Assembly (NCBI GenBank): GCA_049323155.1
Contig: JBMOMG010000164.1
Coordinates: 28,358 to 92,357 of the forward strand
Direction: 5' to 3'
From: Actinomycetota bacterium
Lineage (GTDB): Bacteria > Actinomycetota > Actinomycetes > Propionibacteriales > Nocardioidaceae
Length of the DNA stretch: 64,000 nt
A model generated the notes under the pieces. It worked only from the letters and a program-made list of their open reading frames with translations. It did not search any database and was not told the DNA's origin. Below, one piece after another: positions 46,466 through 56,520 of this stretch. How positions within the stretch are numbered: position 1 is the stretch's first letter; the number at the start of each line of letters is the position of its first letter. The position numbers and the translations under genes are program-made.

Positions 46466-47856
46466 CGCGGCCAGTCAGCAGCCATGAGGTCCGGATCCGC
46501 GGAATTCGCAAGTACAAAGGCGTTCGAGGCACTACGTACACCGTGCGCTGGCGCGTCGCGGGCCGGGACTTCCAGCGGACCTTCGCAACCGCGAAGCTCG
46601 CCGACACGTTCCGATCGGAACTGCTCGTCACAGCACGTGAAGGACGTGGGTTCGATCCTCGCCACGGCCTACCAACCGCCTTGGTGAATGACCTGCAAAG
46701 ACGCACGTGGTACGAGCACGCGATGGAGTTCATGGAGACCAAGTGGCCCCACGCCGCTCCGCGACACCGCAAGGGGCTCGCTGAAGCGCTCGTCACCCTG
46801 ACCGTTGCCCTCACAACGCCAACCAGCGACACACCGCCTTCTGACGACGTACGACGAGCGCTGTTTCGGTGGGCTTTCAACGTGGGAGCACGAGAGTCAG
46901 ATCCGCCGGACGAGTTCTGGCAGGCCCTTGCCTGGGTCGAGCGCCAGTCGCTGCCGCTCTCCGAAGTCCAGCTCGCCCCCAACCTGCGCAAGGCACTCGA
47001 TGCCATCTCGTTGAAGCTAGATGGCACTGCTGCGGCATCATCAACGGTCAGGCGTAAGCGATCGGCGTTCTACAGCGCACTGCAGTATGCCGTGGAGCTG
47101 GAACTGATCGACTCCAATCCTCTCGACCGGATCTCGTGGAAAGCTCCTGTTGCCAGCGAGATGGTCGACCGACGCGTCGTCGTCAACCCAGTCCAGGCTC
47201 GGGCACTGCTCGCTGCGGTACGCGACCTCAGCCCAGCGGTCGAGGGCTTCTTCGCATGCCTGTACTACGCCGGCCTTCGCCCGTCAGAAGCCGTCAATCT
47301 CCGAGACAAGGACTGCCTGCTCCCTGAGTCGGGATGGGGCGAACTGGTCCTCATCGGTAGCCACCAAACGACCGGCCGCGCCTGGACAGACTCCGGGGAC
47401 GCCGGCGAGGAACGCGGTCTGAAACACCGGTCCCGTCAGGACACCCGCCACGTGCCCGCCCACCCTGAACTCGTCGCCATCCTGCGACGCCATGTCGACC
47501 AGTTCCCGCTCGGCCCTGACGGCCGGCTATTCGTCTCGCGTACCGGCAAGCGCGGTGTCCCGCTGCCACCGCCGTACTCGAATCCGCTCTCGATGGGGAC
47601 CGCATATCGGATCTGGCACAGGGCCAGAGCGGCCGCTCTCACTCCAGGGCAGGCCGCGTCACCGCTAGCACGGCGCCCCTACGATCTCCGCCACGCCTGC
47701 CTGTCTACCTGGCTCAATGCCGGCGTCCCTGCCACCCAGGTCGCGGAGTGGGCCGGCCACAGCGTCAACGTGCTCCTCAAGGTCTACGCCAAGTGCCTCG
47801 ACGGCCAGGACGAAGCCGCCAAGAGACGGATCGAACACGCATTGGCGCTCAACTGA
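46462..47856 (+). CDS. int: Tyrosine recombinase / ICE integrase
   Basis: Start set to GTG 46462 (GTGA overlap with xis). Core residues: YYAGLRPSEAVNL (Arg), HVPAHPELV, PYDLRHACLSTWL (HxxR), AGHSVNVLLKVYAKC (His ... Tyr). Confidence 0.9.
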   Translation: MTRPVSSHEVRIRGIRKYKGVRGTTYTVRWRVAGRDFQRTFATAKLADTFRSELLVTAREGRGFDPRHGLPTALVNDLQRRTWYEHAMEFMETKWPHAAPRHRKGLAEALVTLTVALTTPTSDTPPSDDVRRALFRWAFNVGARESDPPDEFWQALAWVERQSLPLSEVQLAPNLRKALDAISLKLDGTAAASSTVRRKRSAFYSALQYAVELELIDSNPLDRISWKAPVASEMVDRRVVVNPVQARALLAAVRDLSPAVEGFFACLYYAGLRPSEAVNLRDKDCLLPESGWGELVLIGSHQTTGRAWTDSGDAGEERGLKHRSRQDTRHVPAHPELVAILRRHVDQFPLGPDGRLFVSRTGKRGVPLPPPYSNPLSMGTAYRIWHRARAAALTPGQAASPLARRPYDLRHACLSTWLNAGVPATQVAEWAGHSVNVLLKVYAKCLDGQDEAAKRRIEHALALN

Positions 47857-48230
47857 ATCGGAAGGCTTCGCCGCCCGTTTCGGGCTGCATTCGGCAGGCC
47901 GGCGCCTTGCCCCACAGGGCTAGGTCCAACCGGCTCAGCGTTTCTCCGACGTGTCGGTGCCCTACGCAGGTGGCCATGAGCGCACCCTAGGTACACCCGC
48001 CGACAGAGCCCCAGCGCCCCTCATGACCATGTCCGGTGAACGAACGCAGGCGGTCCAGTTGCGGCCGCGACTGGGACACGGCCAATAGGCCCCCGTACTC
48101 TGCATGCAGGAGGAGGGTCGGCCACCCCGTCGGGCGCCTCGACGTACGCGCCGTACTCGTGGCTGCGACAAGCGTGTTCCAAGCTGGCCGGCTTCTCTCT
48201 CGGAATGCCTCGACCTCGATGAACGGGCAG

Positions 48231-49013
48231 TTAGTCGGCCGTCGCTACGAGCTTGTTCCTCCAGAAGCGGTCGATGCCCTCGCTGACTACTCCCGCATCA
48301 AACGCTTCCTTCGCTGCCACGTTTTCGCGTTGAATGGCGGCGTGGATCTCCTCCGGCGTCGGCCGCAGAAGGGCGAGGTGCATGGCTGTGGCGGAGCCTG
48401 GTCGGTTCCACCGGTGGATGAGGTCGATGCAGTGGTCGACAAGTCTTTCGGCGTCGACGATCTCATCCAGCAGGCCGAGGTCGAGGGCCTCGCTCGCGTT
48501 CATGCGCTTGGCCTCGAGCACAATCCGAGTCGCGGCGTTCCCTACCAGGCGGCGGAGGAGGATGCTGGATGCGTTGGAGATAGTGAGGCCGATGTGGTTC
48601 TCGGGCATGAAGTACTCGCTGTTGGAGGTGCCGACCCGGGCATCGCAACACATCGTTACCTCAGATGCGCCTCCTACGGCGAGTCCGTTGACGGCGGCGA
48701 TCACTGGCACGCTGGTCTCTAGAACAGCACGGGTGATGTCGTGAAAGCTTTCGACCGCTTCGAGGACATCTCCGCTTGCACCGGCTGGCGTGGCCTTGAG
48801 GTCTTCTCCTGCGGAGAAGGCGCGCCCCGCACCGGTCAAGACGATCCCGCGAGCGTGAGTGCCGTCGCCGTAGTGGCGGATGGCTGCGGCGACGTCGCGC
48901 CGCATCTCCTGGGTCATGGCGTTGAGCTTCTCGGGGCGGTCGAAGGTGATGACTGCGCACTCGCGCACCGTCTTCACGTTCAGGTCCTCGGTTTCGCTGG
49001 TCCAGTCAGTCAT
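48231..49013 (-). CDS. Enoyl-CoA hydratase/isomerase family protein
   Basis: VITFDRPEKLNAM...VLTGAGRAFSAGEDLK...PVIAAVNGLAVGGASEV. ATGA overlap with the upstream ABC ATPase gene. Confidence 0.85.
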   Translation of the reverse strand: MTDWTSETEDLNVKTVRECAVITFDRPEKLNAMTQEMRRDVAAAIRHYGDGTHARGIVLTGAGRAFSAGEDLKATPAGASGDVLEAVESFHDITRAVLETSVPVIAAVNGLAVGGASEVTMCCDARVGTSNSEYFMPENHIGLTISNASSILLRRLVGNAATRIVLEAKRMNASEALDLGLLDEIVDAERLVDHCIDLIHRWNRPGSATAMHLALLRPTPEEIHAAIQRENVAAKEAFDAGVVSEGIDRFWRNKLVATAD

Positions 49014-49810
49014 CTGCTCTCCTGGTGTGAAGGGGTGTGTGTGCGGCGCCATCGGTTGCCACCGAGCGTGGGAACCGACCGCAGGAGCTGTTGGGTGTAC
49101 TCCATGCGGGGTTGATCGAAGATCTGCTCGACAGGCCCCTGCTCCACGATCTCGCCGTGTCGCATGACGTAGACGTGGTCGCTCACGTAGCGGATCACTG
49201 ACAGATCGTGAGAGATGTAGAGCATGGCGAAGCCGAGGTCGTTCTGCAGTCGACGGAGCAAGTTGAGGATCCGGGCTTGCACAGACACATCGAGTGATGC
49301 AGTGACCTCATCCAGCAGAAGGATTCGTGGCTGCACCGCCAGCGCACGGGCGATAGCGATTCTCTGCAACTGTCCACCGGACATCTGGTGGGGGTATCGC
49401 GCCAGATGTCCGGAGTTCAGGCCGACCATCTCGAGGAGCTCGTGAACCCGCGGAGTGACAGCAGCGCGGCGCCGTTCCTTGAGCGATACAGCTTCGCTTA
49501 GGGTTTCACCGAGACTCATTCGCGGGTTCAGAGAGGCGTGCGGGTCCTGGAACACGAGCTGGACTCCGTGATCAGCCACCGACCTGATGCCACGGCCCGG
49601 ACCGACGATTCGTCGCTCGTCGAGGAGCACCTCTCCGCTTTCGACAGGGCTAAGGCCGACCATGGCGCGAGCCAGAGTGGACTTCCCCGAGCCGGACTCC
49701 CCCACCAGGCCCACGGTGTCCCCGCTGCCGATGTGGAGGTCCACGGCTTTCACCGCGACGAAACGAGGCGGCCCCTGATAGGCAACGGTCACACCGCGTG
49801 CTTCAAGCAT
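49010..49810 (-). CDS. Peptide ABC transporter ATP-binding protein (DppF/OppF-like)
   Basis: Walker A GESGSGKST, signature MSGGQLQRIAIARAL, Walker B ILLLDEVTASLD. Confidence 0.9.
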   Translation of the reverse strand: MLEARGVTVAYQGPPRFVAVKAVDLHIGSGDTVGLVGESGSGKSTLARAMVGLSPVESGEVLLDERRIVGPGRGIRSVADHGVQLVFQDPHASLNPRMSLGETLSEAVSLKERRRAAVTPRVHELLEMVGLNSGHLARYPHQMSGGQLQRIAIARALAVQPRILLLDEVTASLDVSVQARILNLLRRLQNDLGFAMLYISHDLSVIRYVSDHVYVMRHGEIVEQGPVEQIFDQPRMEYTQQLLRSVPTLGGNRWRRTHTPSHQESR

Positions 49811-50651
49811 GAGCGGTCCCTTCCGGTTCCGGTGCGAAGTCCGGTACGTCGACCAGCTCACGGGAGCGGTCGGTCGCGAGGTCGGGCACGGCCCCGATGA
49901 GGGCCCGGGTGTAGGGGTGCCGGTCCGGAGCGGCGAGCTGGTCGACGGGCGCGTCGTCGACGAGGTGGCCGCGGTACATCACCAGCACCCGGTCACAGAT
50001 CTCCGAGAGCAATGCGATGTTGTGGGAAACGAGCAGGATGGCGGTGCCGTGGACGTTGTTGAGCTCGCGCAACAAAGTCATCACCTGCGCCTGCACAGTC
50101 ACGTCGAGGGCTGTCGTTGGTTCATCAGCGATCAACAGAGTTGGTTGGCTCATCAAGCCCATCGCGATCATGACGCGTTGGCGCATGCCCCCAGAAAGCT
50201 CATGCGGATACTGGCGCAGCCTGCGCTCTGCGTCTGGGATGTGCACGTCCCGCAGGCTGCGCAGGGCGGCTTCACGAGCTTGCTGTCGAGAGTATCCAAG
50301 GTGGACCCGCGTTGCCTCCGTCATCTGCGGGCCGATGCGCATTGCCGGGTTGAGCGAGGACATCGGATCTTGGAACACCATCGCCATGCGAGTGCCCAGC
50401 AGAGCCCGGGTCTTGCGCCCGCTGGGGCCGGTGAGGTCCTCACCGTGAAACTCGAGCCGGTCCGCGGTGCTTGACAAGCCGCTGGGGAGCAGTCGAGCAG
50501 CAGCCAATGTGGACAGAGTCTTGCCGCTGCCGGACTCGCCGACGAGACCGACTATCTCGCCGGCGTTGATTGCGAACGAGACCCCGTGGACGAGGCGGGC
50601 ACCTGGAGAGCTGATCTGCAGGTTCTCCACAGCTAGGACTGTCTCGCTCAC
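49803..50651 (-). CDS. Peptide ABC transporter ATP-binding protein (DppD/OppD-like)
   Basis: GESGSGKTLS, LSGGMRQRVMIAMGL, LLIADEPTTALD. Confidence 0.9.
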   Translation of the reverse strand: MSETVLAVENLQISSPGARLVHGVSFAINAGEIVGLVGESGSGKTLSTLAAARLLPSGLSSTADRLEFHGEDLTGPSGRKTRALLGTRMAMVFQDPMSSLNPAMRIGPQMTEATRVHLGYSRQQAREAALRSLRDVHIPDAERRLRQYPHELSGGMRQRVMIAMGLMSQPTLLIADEPTTALDVTVQAQVMTLLRELNNVHGTAILLVSHNIALLSEICDRVLVMYRGHLVDDAPVDQLAAPDRHPYTRALIGAVPDLATDRSRELVDVPDFAPEPEGTAHA

Positions 50652-51529
50652 GACTTCACCTCTACGGGTGCTTGCGGTGTCGGGGCGTTGACGATGGGGT
50701 TCATCGCGCGGGCGAGGGCGTCACCGAACATGGACAGTGCCAGCCCGGTGAGCCCGATCATCACCGCGGGCGCGACCGCCGCCCAGGGGTTGAGGTAGAA
50801 GTTGCGGACGCCATCGGTGAGCATCTGCCCCCAGTCGAAGTCCGGCTCCTGGACACCGAGGCCGAGGAAGCTGAGCGAGGAGAGGGCGATGATCCCTTCA
50901 CCAACCGCGCTGAAGACGGTCACAGCCAGGCTGTCGGAGACGTTTCGGAAGACGTACCGGGAGAGGAAGGAGCGCCGCCGCACCCCGATCACCCGAGCCG
51001 CGGCCACGTAGTCGCGGACGACGACCGAGGAGACCAGGCTGAATGCGAAGCGAGCGAAGATCGGTGTGAAGGCCACCCCGATCGCGATGACTGCGCTTCT
51101 GGCGCCCAACCCGAGGATGGTCACGATGACCACGCCCAGCAGGATGTCGCCGAAGCTGAGGAGCGTGTCGATCACGGTGGCCCCGAGATTCCTGACTCGC
51201 CGGCCCGACACCGCCAACAGACCGCCCAGTAGACAGCCCGCGACCGCTGCGATAGCCACCGCAGACGCGCCCAGCATCAAGGAGAGGCGCGTCGCGGCCA
51301 AGGTGCGCAGCAGGATGTCGCGACCGAGACCGTCAGTGCCCAGGAGGTGTTCGCCGTCGGGTGCCTGACTGGCGCTCACCATGTCGACGGTTGTCGCAGT
51401 TGGGCCGAACCCCTGCGGGCCCAGAAAGGCGAGGGCGACCAGTCCGGTCAGTACAACCGCGGACAGGAGACCGGTCGGGGTGTTGAGAAAGGATCCGGCC
51501 GCGCGTCTGAAAGAGCTCAGCTGTGTCAT
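50648..51529 (-). CDS. ABC transporter permease (DppC-like)
   Basis: 293-aa polytopic membrane protein with a binding-protein-dependent transport permease layout, in the operon. Confidence 0.8.
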   Translation of the reverse strand: MTQLSSFRRAAGSFLNTPTGLLSAVVLTGLVALAFLGPQGFGPTATTVDMVSASQAPDGEHLLGTDGLGRDILLRTLAATRLSLMLGASAVAIAAVAGCLLGGLLAVSGRRVRNLGATVIDTLLSFGDILLGVVIVTILGLGARSAVIAIGVAFTPIFARFAFSLVSSVVVRDYVAAARVIGVRRRSFLSRYVFRNVSDSLAVTVFSAVGEGIIALSSLSFLGLGVQEPDFDWGQMLTDGVRNFYLNPWAAVAPAVMIGLTGLALSMFGDALARAMNPIVNAPTPQAPVEVKS

Positions 51530-52461
51530 GACTCCACCGTCTTGGGGTCGAGGATGCCCAGGAGCAGGTCCACGGCAAGGTTCACCGTCACTACTGTGGC
51601 GCCGAGGACGAGGGTGATTCCTTGGACCACGGGATAGTCCCCGGCGATGACGGAGCGCACCAGTTCGGTTCCCAGGCCGGCCCGTCCGAAGACCAGTTCC
51701 ACCACGACAGCGCCGCCGATGAGGCTGGCGAACAGCACGCCACCCAACGCCAGCGCCGCGGTCACTGCGTTGGGGAGCACGTGCCGCAAATACAGTCGAG
51801 TTGGGCTGATCCGCTTCGACCTCGCGGTCCTGATGTATGGCTGTTCGACAACTTCCAGGGTGCGGATGCGCACCACCCGCGCCACCATCATGGCCGGACG
51901 CAGCGCCACGGCCGCGGCTGGCAGGATGAGGGCGGTTACTCCGGCCGAGCCGGCCACGGGAAACAGCGTCCAGGTGACAGCGAACAGGAACACCAGGAAG
52001 GTGGCGGTGAGGTAGTGCGGCATGGCGGCGAGCCCGCCGGTGACCGCACTGAAGATTGCTTCGAACGCGTGGCCGCGTCGTTGCGATGCGATGCCGGCCA
52101 GCAGTCCGATCGTCAGTCCGACGAGGGCGATCATCACCAAGGCAGCGATGGCCAAGGAATAGGTCGGCCCCGCCCGGCCGGCGATAATGTCGGTGACAGG
52201 TTGCCTGGTCTTGAATGAGTCGCCGAGGTCCCCCTGGAAAAGCCCCGCGACATAGGACGCGAACTGCTCGGGCAGCGGTCGGTCGAGACCGAAGTCCTTC
52301 CGAGCAATGTCAACGGCGGCCTCGTCGGCCTGGGCTCCGGCTATCGCACGTGCTGGGTCTCCTGGAGTCAGGTGGACCATGCCGAAGGTCAGGACCACCA
52401 CGGACGCCAGCACGACGCCAAGCCGGATGAGCCGCTGGACGAAGAACCGTGCGCGCTTCAT
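51526..52461 (-). CDS. ABC transporter permease (DppB-like)
   Basis: 311 aa. N-terminus MKRARFFVQRLIRLGVVLASVVVLTFGMVHLTPGDP is typical of DppB/OppB. Confidence 0.85.
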   Translation of the reverse strand: MKRARFFVQRLIRLGVVLASVVVLTFGMVHLTPGDPARAIAGAQADEAAVDIARKDFGLDRPLPEQFASYVAGLFQGDLGDSFKTRQPVTDIIAGRAGPTYSLAIAALVMIALVGLTIGLLAGIASQRRGHAFEAIFSAVTGGLAAMPHYLTATFLVFLFAVTWTLFPVAGSAGVTALILPAAAVALRPAMMVARVVRIRTLEVVEQPYIRTARSKRISPTRLYLRHVLPNAVTAALALGGVLFASLIGGAVVVELVFGRAGLGTELVRSVIAGDYPVVQGITLVLGATVVTVNLAVDLLLGILDPKTVES

Positions 52462-52523
52462 CTGTGTCTCTCACTCCTTCTGGTGTCGTGCTGGGTCCGG
52501 GCTGCGGGTGCAGCAGATCTGGC

Positions 52524-54092
52524 TTAGTTGTTCGCCCGGATGCTGCGGGTATCGATGTTGAAGTAGTTCGCGTCGAACTCAAGCCCGTTGGTGAACCAGG
52601 CCGCGTTGGACCACACAAGCGGCTTGACGTCGACGTTCTCCAGCAGAGCTGCCTCGGCCTCGGCCCACAGCTCACACTGCTGACCACCCTCGGTGGCGGC
52701 AGCCTCGGCCACCTTCTGGTCGTAGACGTCATTGGCGACACTGCCCACGTTGAGGGTGGCGCCGAGCTCGCCGCTGATCTGGTTGACCAGCGTGGAGGGG
52801 ACCGGGGTGGGGACCGGGTAGGGGTAGACCAGGACGTCCCAGTCGCCGGTTCCGAACAGCACTCCAAGGGCCTGTTCCAGGGTGCCCTTGTTCAGGTTGA
52901 CCTCGACACCGAGCTGGCGCAGTGAGTCGGCCATGAGTTCGGGGCCTGAGTTCTGCGTGTCGAGGCCGAGCAGGTTGATGGTGAGCTTCTTGCCGCCTTC
53001 GCCGTATCCGGCGTCACTGAGGACAGCCTTGGCCTTGTCGAGGTCATAACCGGTCACGAGGGCGGCATTGTCCTCGGTATAGCAGTCCATGTTCGGCGTG
53101 TACATGGTGTCGATCGGGGAGCCGAGGTCGAAGGTGGCCGCCTTGGCGTAGGCCGCATTGTCCACAGCCAGCGAGAGTGCCTCACGCACCGCCTTATCCG
53201 CCGTCACGCGGCCATCGGCCTGGTTGAACAGCATCGCGTCAGACAGGAACGCCTTCCCGTCGATGGGCTTGGTCTTCTGCTGCAGTCGGGTGGCGTCGCG
53301 ACCGAGGATTGAGGCGATGTCGACCTCGCCGGTGTCCACGAGGTTGGCCCGCGTTGTGTCGTCACCGATCACCCGCATGTCGATCGTCGCGGGAATCTGG
53401 TCGGCCTCCACCACGGGGGTCTCCCGCCGCTGCAGGGTGTAGCCCACGCCGCGCTTGAGCTCGGTAACTTCGTACGGTCCTGTCTCGGCTGGGTCCGTGG
53501 CGAGCGTCTCGACGTCGTCGAGCGCTCCAGGACAGACGACGTAGCCCTGCGAGAGTCCCTCCAAGAGGTAGGTGTAGGGACTGTTGAGCTGGATCGTGAC
53601 GGTCCCAGCCTCGTCGTCGGCTGTGATCTCCCTAGCCCCATCGGGGCCGAACACGCGGCTGGCGTAGAGCGCACCGGTCTCGGGGTCAGCGAGGTGCTGA
53701 AGGGATTGCGCGACGCCGCTGGGCTTGAGCTCTGTGCCGTCAGCGCAGGTGAGACCGTCGTGGAGGGTGAACGTCGCGGCGTCCGGCTTGATGTCCCAAC
53801 TCTGGGCCAGGGAACCGGTCACCTCGACGTCGGCACCGGTGGAGCTCACCCGGACCAGGGTGTCGTAGATGGCATCGAACATCTGCTTGGCGCCGGATTC
53901 GGCGGCGCTCTTGAACGGGTCGAAACTGTCGACGTCGTTGCGTAGCACGAGACTCACCGAGTCGGGTGCTTCTCCACTGGCTTGGGAACTGGTCTCTGCG
54001 GCGCTGTCGCACGCGGCCAGCATGGGCATCAATACGAGCGGTCCCGCCGCCGCGGCGACGAGCCGCGCCTTCCGGGAAAGGAACACTGACAT
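52524..54092 (-). CDS. ABC transporter substrate-binding lipoprotein (family 5, peptide/nickel type)
   Basis: Lipoprotein signal LVLMPMLAAC. 522 aa. First gene of the transporter operon. Confidence 0.8.
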   Translation of the reverse strand: MSVFLSRKARLVAAAAGPLVLMPMLAACDSAAETSSQASGEAPDSVSLVLRNDVDSFDPFKSAAESGAKQMFDAIYDTLVRVSSTGADVEVTGSLAQSWDIKPDAATFTLHDGLTCADGTELKPSGVAQSLQHLADPETGALYASRVFGPDGAREITADDEAGTVTIQLNSPYTYLLEGLSQGYVVCPGALDDVETLATDPAETGPYEVTELKRGVGYTLQRRETPVVEADQIPATIDMRVIGDDTTRANLVDTGEVDIASILGRDATRLQQKTKPIDGKAFLSDAMLFNQADGRVTADKAVREALSLAVDNAAYAKAATFDLGSPIDTMYTPNMDCYTEDNAALVTGYDLDKAKAVLSDAGYGEGGKKLTINLLGLDTQNSGPELMADSLRQLGVEVNLNKGTLEQALGVLFGTGDWDVLVYPYPVPTPVPSTLVNQISGELGATLNVGSVANDVYDQKVAEAAATEGGQQCELWAEAEAALLENVDVKPLVWSNAAWFTNGLEFDANYFNIDTRSIRANN

Positions 54093-54125
54093 CTCTGGAT
54101 GGACCTTTCTGGTGTGGTGGTGCGG

Positions 54126-55697
54126 TTACCGAGAGCTGTTGAAGTCGAAGTTGGGCCCTGGCTGCTGCGCGGAAAGGGCCACCAAGGTGGGTTTGGCGAT
54201 ACGTTCTGACGGCGTCATTGGGAACTCGGCGACGAACTCCACGAACCGTGGGACCTTGAACCTCGCCAGGCGGTCGCGGGCATGTTCGAGGATGCGTTTG
54301 GCGGTCGCGCGGTCGGGCTGGACACCTGGCTGGAGGCGGATGAACACCTTCACCTCTTCGCCGAACAGGTCGTCGGGGACCCCGACGACGGCCGCGGAGT
54401 GAACGTCGGGGTGCTGACCGATGACACCTTCGACCTCAGCCGATGCGATGTTCTCCCCGCCTCGGCGAACCATGTCCTTGAGCCTGCCGACCAGCCGGTA
54501 CCGTCCCGCCTTGTCACGGACCGCGACGTCGCCGGTGTGGAGCCATCCGTTGACTATCGTCTTGGCGGTGACCTCCGGCAGGTTCCAGTAGCCGAGCATC
54601 ATCGGCCTCCCGTGGACGATGAGCTCCCCGGGTTCACCGTCGGGCACCTCGTTGCCCAGTTCGTCGACAATGCGGATCTGTTTGGTCGGCACCGGGATGC
54701 CCATGGTGCCGCTACCCACGGCGTTGAGATCCTCTACCGGGGAGACCAGGTCCGCGCCGGACTCGGTCATCCCGTATGCCTCGCGCCATGGGGCACCCCA
54801 GCGCTGCTCGAGTTCCTTGTGGAGGTCGGGCACGATGCCCGAGCACAGCACCAGCCGAACGTCGTTGTCCCGATCCTGTGGCGAGGGCGGCTGCTTGAGC
54901 AGCAGCATCGGCATTGTGCCGAGGACATAGAAGATCGTCGCTCGATGCCTTCGGACGTCGGGCCAGAAGCCCGAGGCCGAGAACCGCGGCAGCACGACCA
55001 GCGGGATCCGCGCGGTCAGGCACATGGCGGTGTTCCACTGCGGGTCGATGTAGGAGTACGGCTGCGCGGTGAGCGCCACGTCGTCCTCAGTCAGCCCCGC
55101 CAGGCCGGCGGTCAGCCACCCCATCCGCACCCAGTAGTCATGGGTGAGCATGCAGGCCTTGGGAAACCCCGTGGTGCCAGAGGTGTACTGCAGGTTCGCC
55201 AAAGAATCCGGGCCGATCGCCACATCGGGGGGCGAATAGCCGGCACAGGCCGACAGGGTCTCGTCGATGTCGAGAACATGGTCCAGGTCAACTCTCGCCG
55301 CCTCGATCGTGGCGCGGAACTGCGGCAGGCTGAGCACAACTCGAGCACCGGAGTCCCGCAGCACGTGTTCGAGGTCGGCGGCGCGGTAGGCGGCGTTGAT
55401 CGGTACAGCGATTGCGCCAGCACGCAGAATCGAGAGCCATCCCAGCGGCCAGCCGATGACGTTCGGCAGCATGATGGCCACCCGTTCACCCGGTCGGACC
55501 CCCAGCGCCGCGAGGTAACCGGCTAGCTCGGCGGTCTTGCGCTCGACTTCACCGAAGGTCATGGATCGATCTTCGAAGCGCAAGAACTCACGGTCCGGGT
55601 CCGCTTCCGCTGCCGCGATGACCAGGGCAGGCAGTGTCGCTACGGGTGGGTCCTGCGACAGCAAGCCCGGATCAACGAGCGGCTGTTCGACGCTCAT
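54126..55697 (-). CDS. AMP-dependent acyl-CoA synthetase/ligase
   Basis: ORF trimmed to ATG 55697 (ATGA overlap with the TetR stop). AMP-binding motif LQYTSGTTGFPKACMLTH, then YGMTE and GWLHTGD. Confidence 0.9.
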   Translation of the reverse strand: MSVEQPLVDPGLLSQDPPVATLPALVIAAAEADPDREFLRFEDRSMTFGEVERKTAELAGYLAALGVRPGERVAIMLPNVIGWPLGWLSILRAGAIAVPINAAYRAADLEHVLRDSGARVVLSLPQFRATIEAARVDLDHVLDIDETLSACAGYSPPDVAIGPDSLANLQYTSGTTGFPKACMLTHDYWVRMGWLTAGLAGLTEDDVALTAQPYSYIDPQWNTAMCLTARIPLVVLPRFSASGFWPDVRRHRATIFYVLGTMPMLLLKQPPSPQDRDNDVRLVLCSGIVPDLHKELEQRWGAPWREAYGMTESGADLVSPVEDLNAVGSGTMGIPVPTKQIRIVDELGNEVPDGEPGELIVHGRPMMLGYWNLPEVTAKTIVNGWLHTGDVAVRDKAGRYRLVGRLKDMVRRGGENIASAEVEGVIGQHPDVHSAAVVGVPDDLFGEEVKVFIRLQPGVQPDRATAKRILEHARDRLARFKVPRFVEFVAEFPMTPSERIAKPTLVALSAQQPGPNFDFNSSR

Positions 55698-56425
55698 GAG
55701 CGACTCCCTTCTCGGAGCGTGGTCCTGACCCGGGGCTCCCAAGGCAGGCGCGGAAGTTGGCCGGGGTCCACGACGGGGACATCGTCTGCGGTCACGGGAC
55801 GTCGCCCGCGACGCGCGCGAACACTCGCCAGACCAATGCCGACGAACTCTCGGATGATGGTGTTCAGATCTGCCGATCCTGCGGGGTCGTACCACTCGCT
55901 GACGCCGGTGCACATGTTCAGCAGCGCCAGCCGGGCCATGCTCTGGTCAGAGATTTGGAAGATGCCTTCCTCAGCGCCGTCACGGAGGACCTGGCGCCAC
56001 AACGCCTCGTAGGTGTCGCGCATCGCGACGATCTCGTCGTGTGCGTCACTGTTCGGCGCAAGCGCCCGGATCTCACCATCAGTGACAAGACTGATCATGC
56101 GATTCACCAGGTGCGCGCCGACCAGCCCGCTGATAAGCAGCGCCAGGCGGTCCTCTGGACGTTGAACGTCCACGAGGCTCGCCTCCGCGGCTTCGCTCAG
56201 GGACCGCTGCCCCTCTCGCATCAGGTCCAGCAGCAGGGCTTCCTTGTTGGCCACGAAGTGGTACACCCCGGCGTTGGTGATCCCAACCTCTCGGGCGATG
56301 TCGCGAATGCTTGCGGCGGCGTAACCCCTGGTCGCAAACAGGTAGACCGCGGCTGCTCGGACGCGGGTGGAGGTGTCTCGCGTCTCATCCAGGTCGAGGT
56401 CGTGAACCCTCACCGCGTTTCCCAT
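55694..56425 (-). CDS. TetR-family transcriptional regulator
   Basis: RVRAAAVYLFATRGYAAASIRDIAREVGITNAGVYHFVANKEALL. Confidence 0.9.
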   Translation of the reverse strand: MGNAVRVHDLDLDETRDTSTRVRAAAVYLFATRGYAAASIRDIAREVGITNAGVYHFVANKEALLLDLMREGQRSLSEAAEASLVDVQRPEDRLALLISGLVGAHLVNRMISLVTDGEIRALAPNSDAHDEIVAMRDTYEALWRQVLRDGAEEGIFQISDQSMARLALLNMCTGVSEWYDPAGSADLNTIIREFVGIGLASVRARRGRRPVTADDVPVVDPGQLPRLPWEPRVRTTLREGSRS

Positions 56426-56520
56426 GAACAACCCTTTCCGGTGTGTGCTGCGTCATGTTACCGAACGACCGGTAAGTAGCAAGTAGGATCCGTGGAAGTT
56501 CCGCAACGAAAGGACACACC

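Larger units (their letters stand above)
2085..47900. mobile_element. Actinobacterial T4SS-type integrative conjugative element (approximate extent; att sites not identified)
   Basis: Contiguous set of MobF relaxase, VirD4-like coupling protein, VirB4-like ATPase, SCO6880-like and DUF4913-like genes, cell-wall hydrolase, xis and tyrosine integrase. It is flanked by housekeeping-type transporter clusters on both sides. The boundaries are inferred from gene content only. Confidence 0.65.

Noticed and set aside
47857-48230. Search for an att core repeat shared between the region downstream of int and the left junction (1260-2210)
   Set aside because: No shared segment of 10 nt or more was found by eye. 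The boundaries are reported as unresolved rather than guessed.
48036-48722. 228-aa plus-strand ORF
   Set aside because: It mostly overlaps the enoyl-CoA hydratase gene on the opposite strand and has no motifs.
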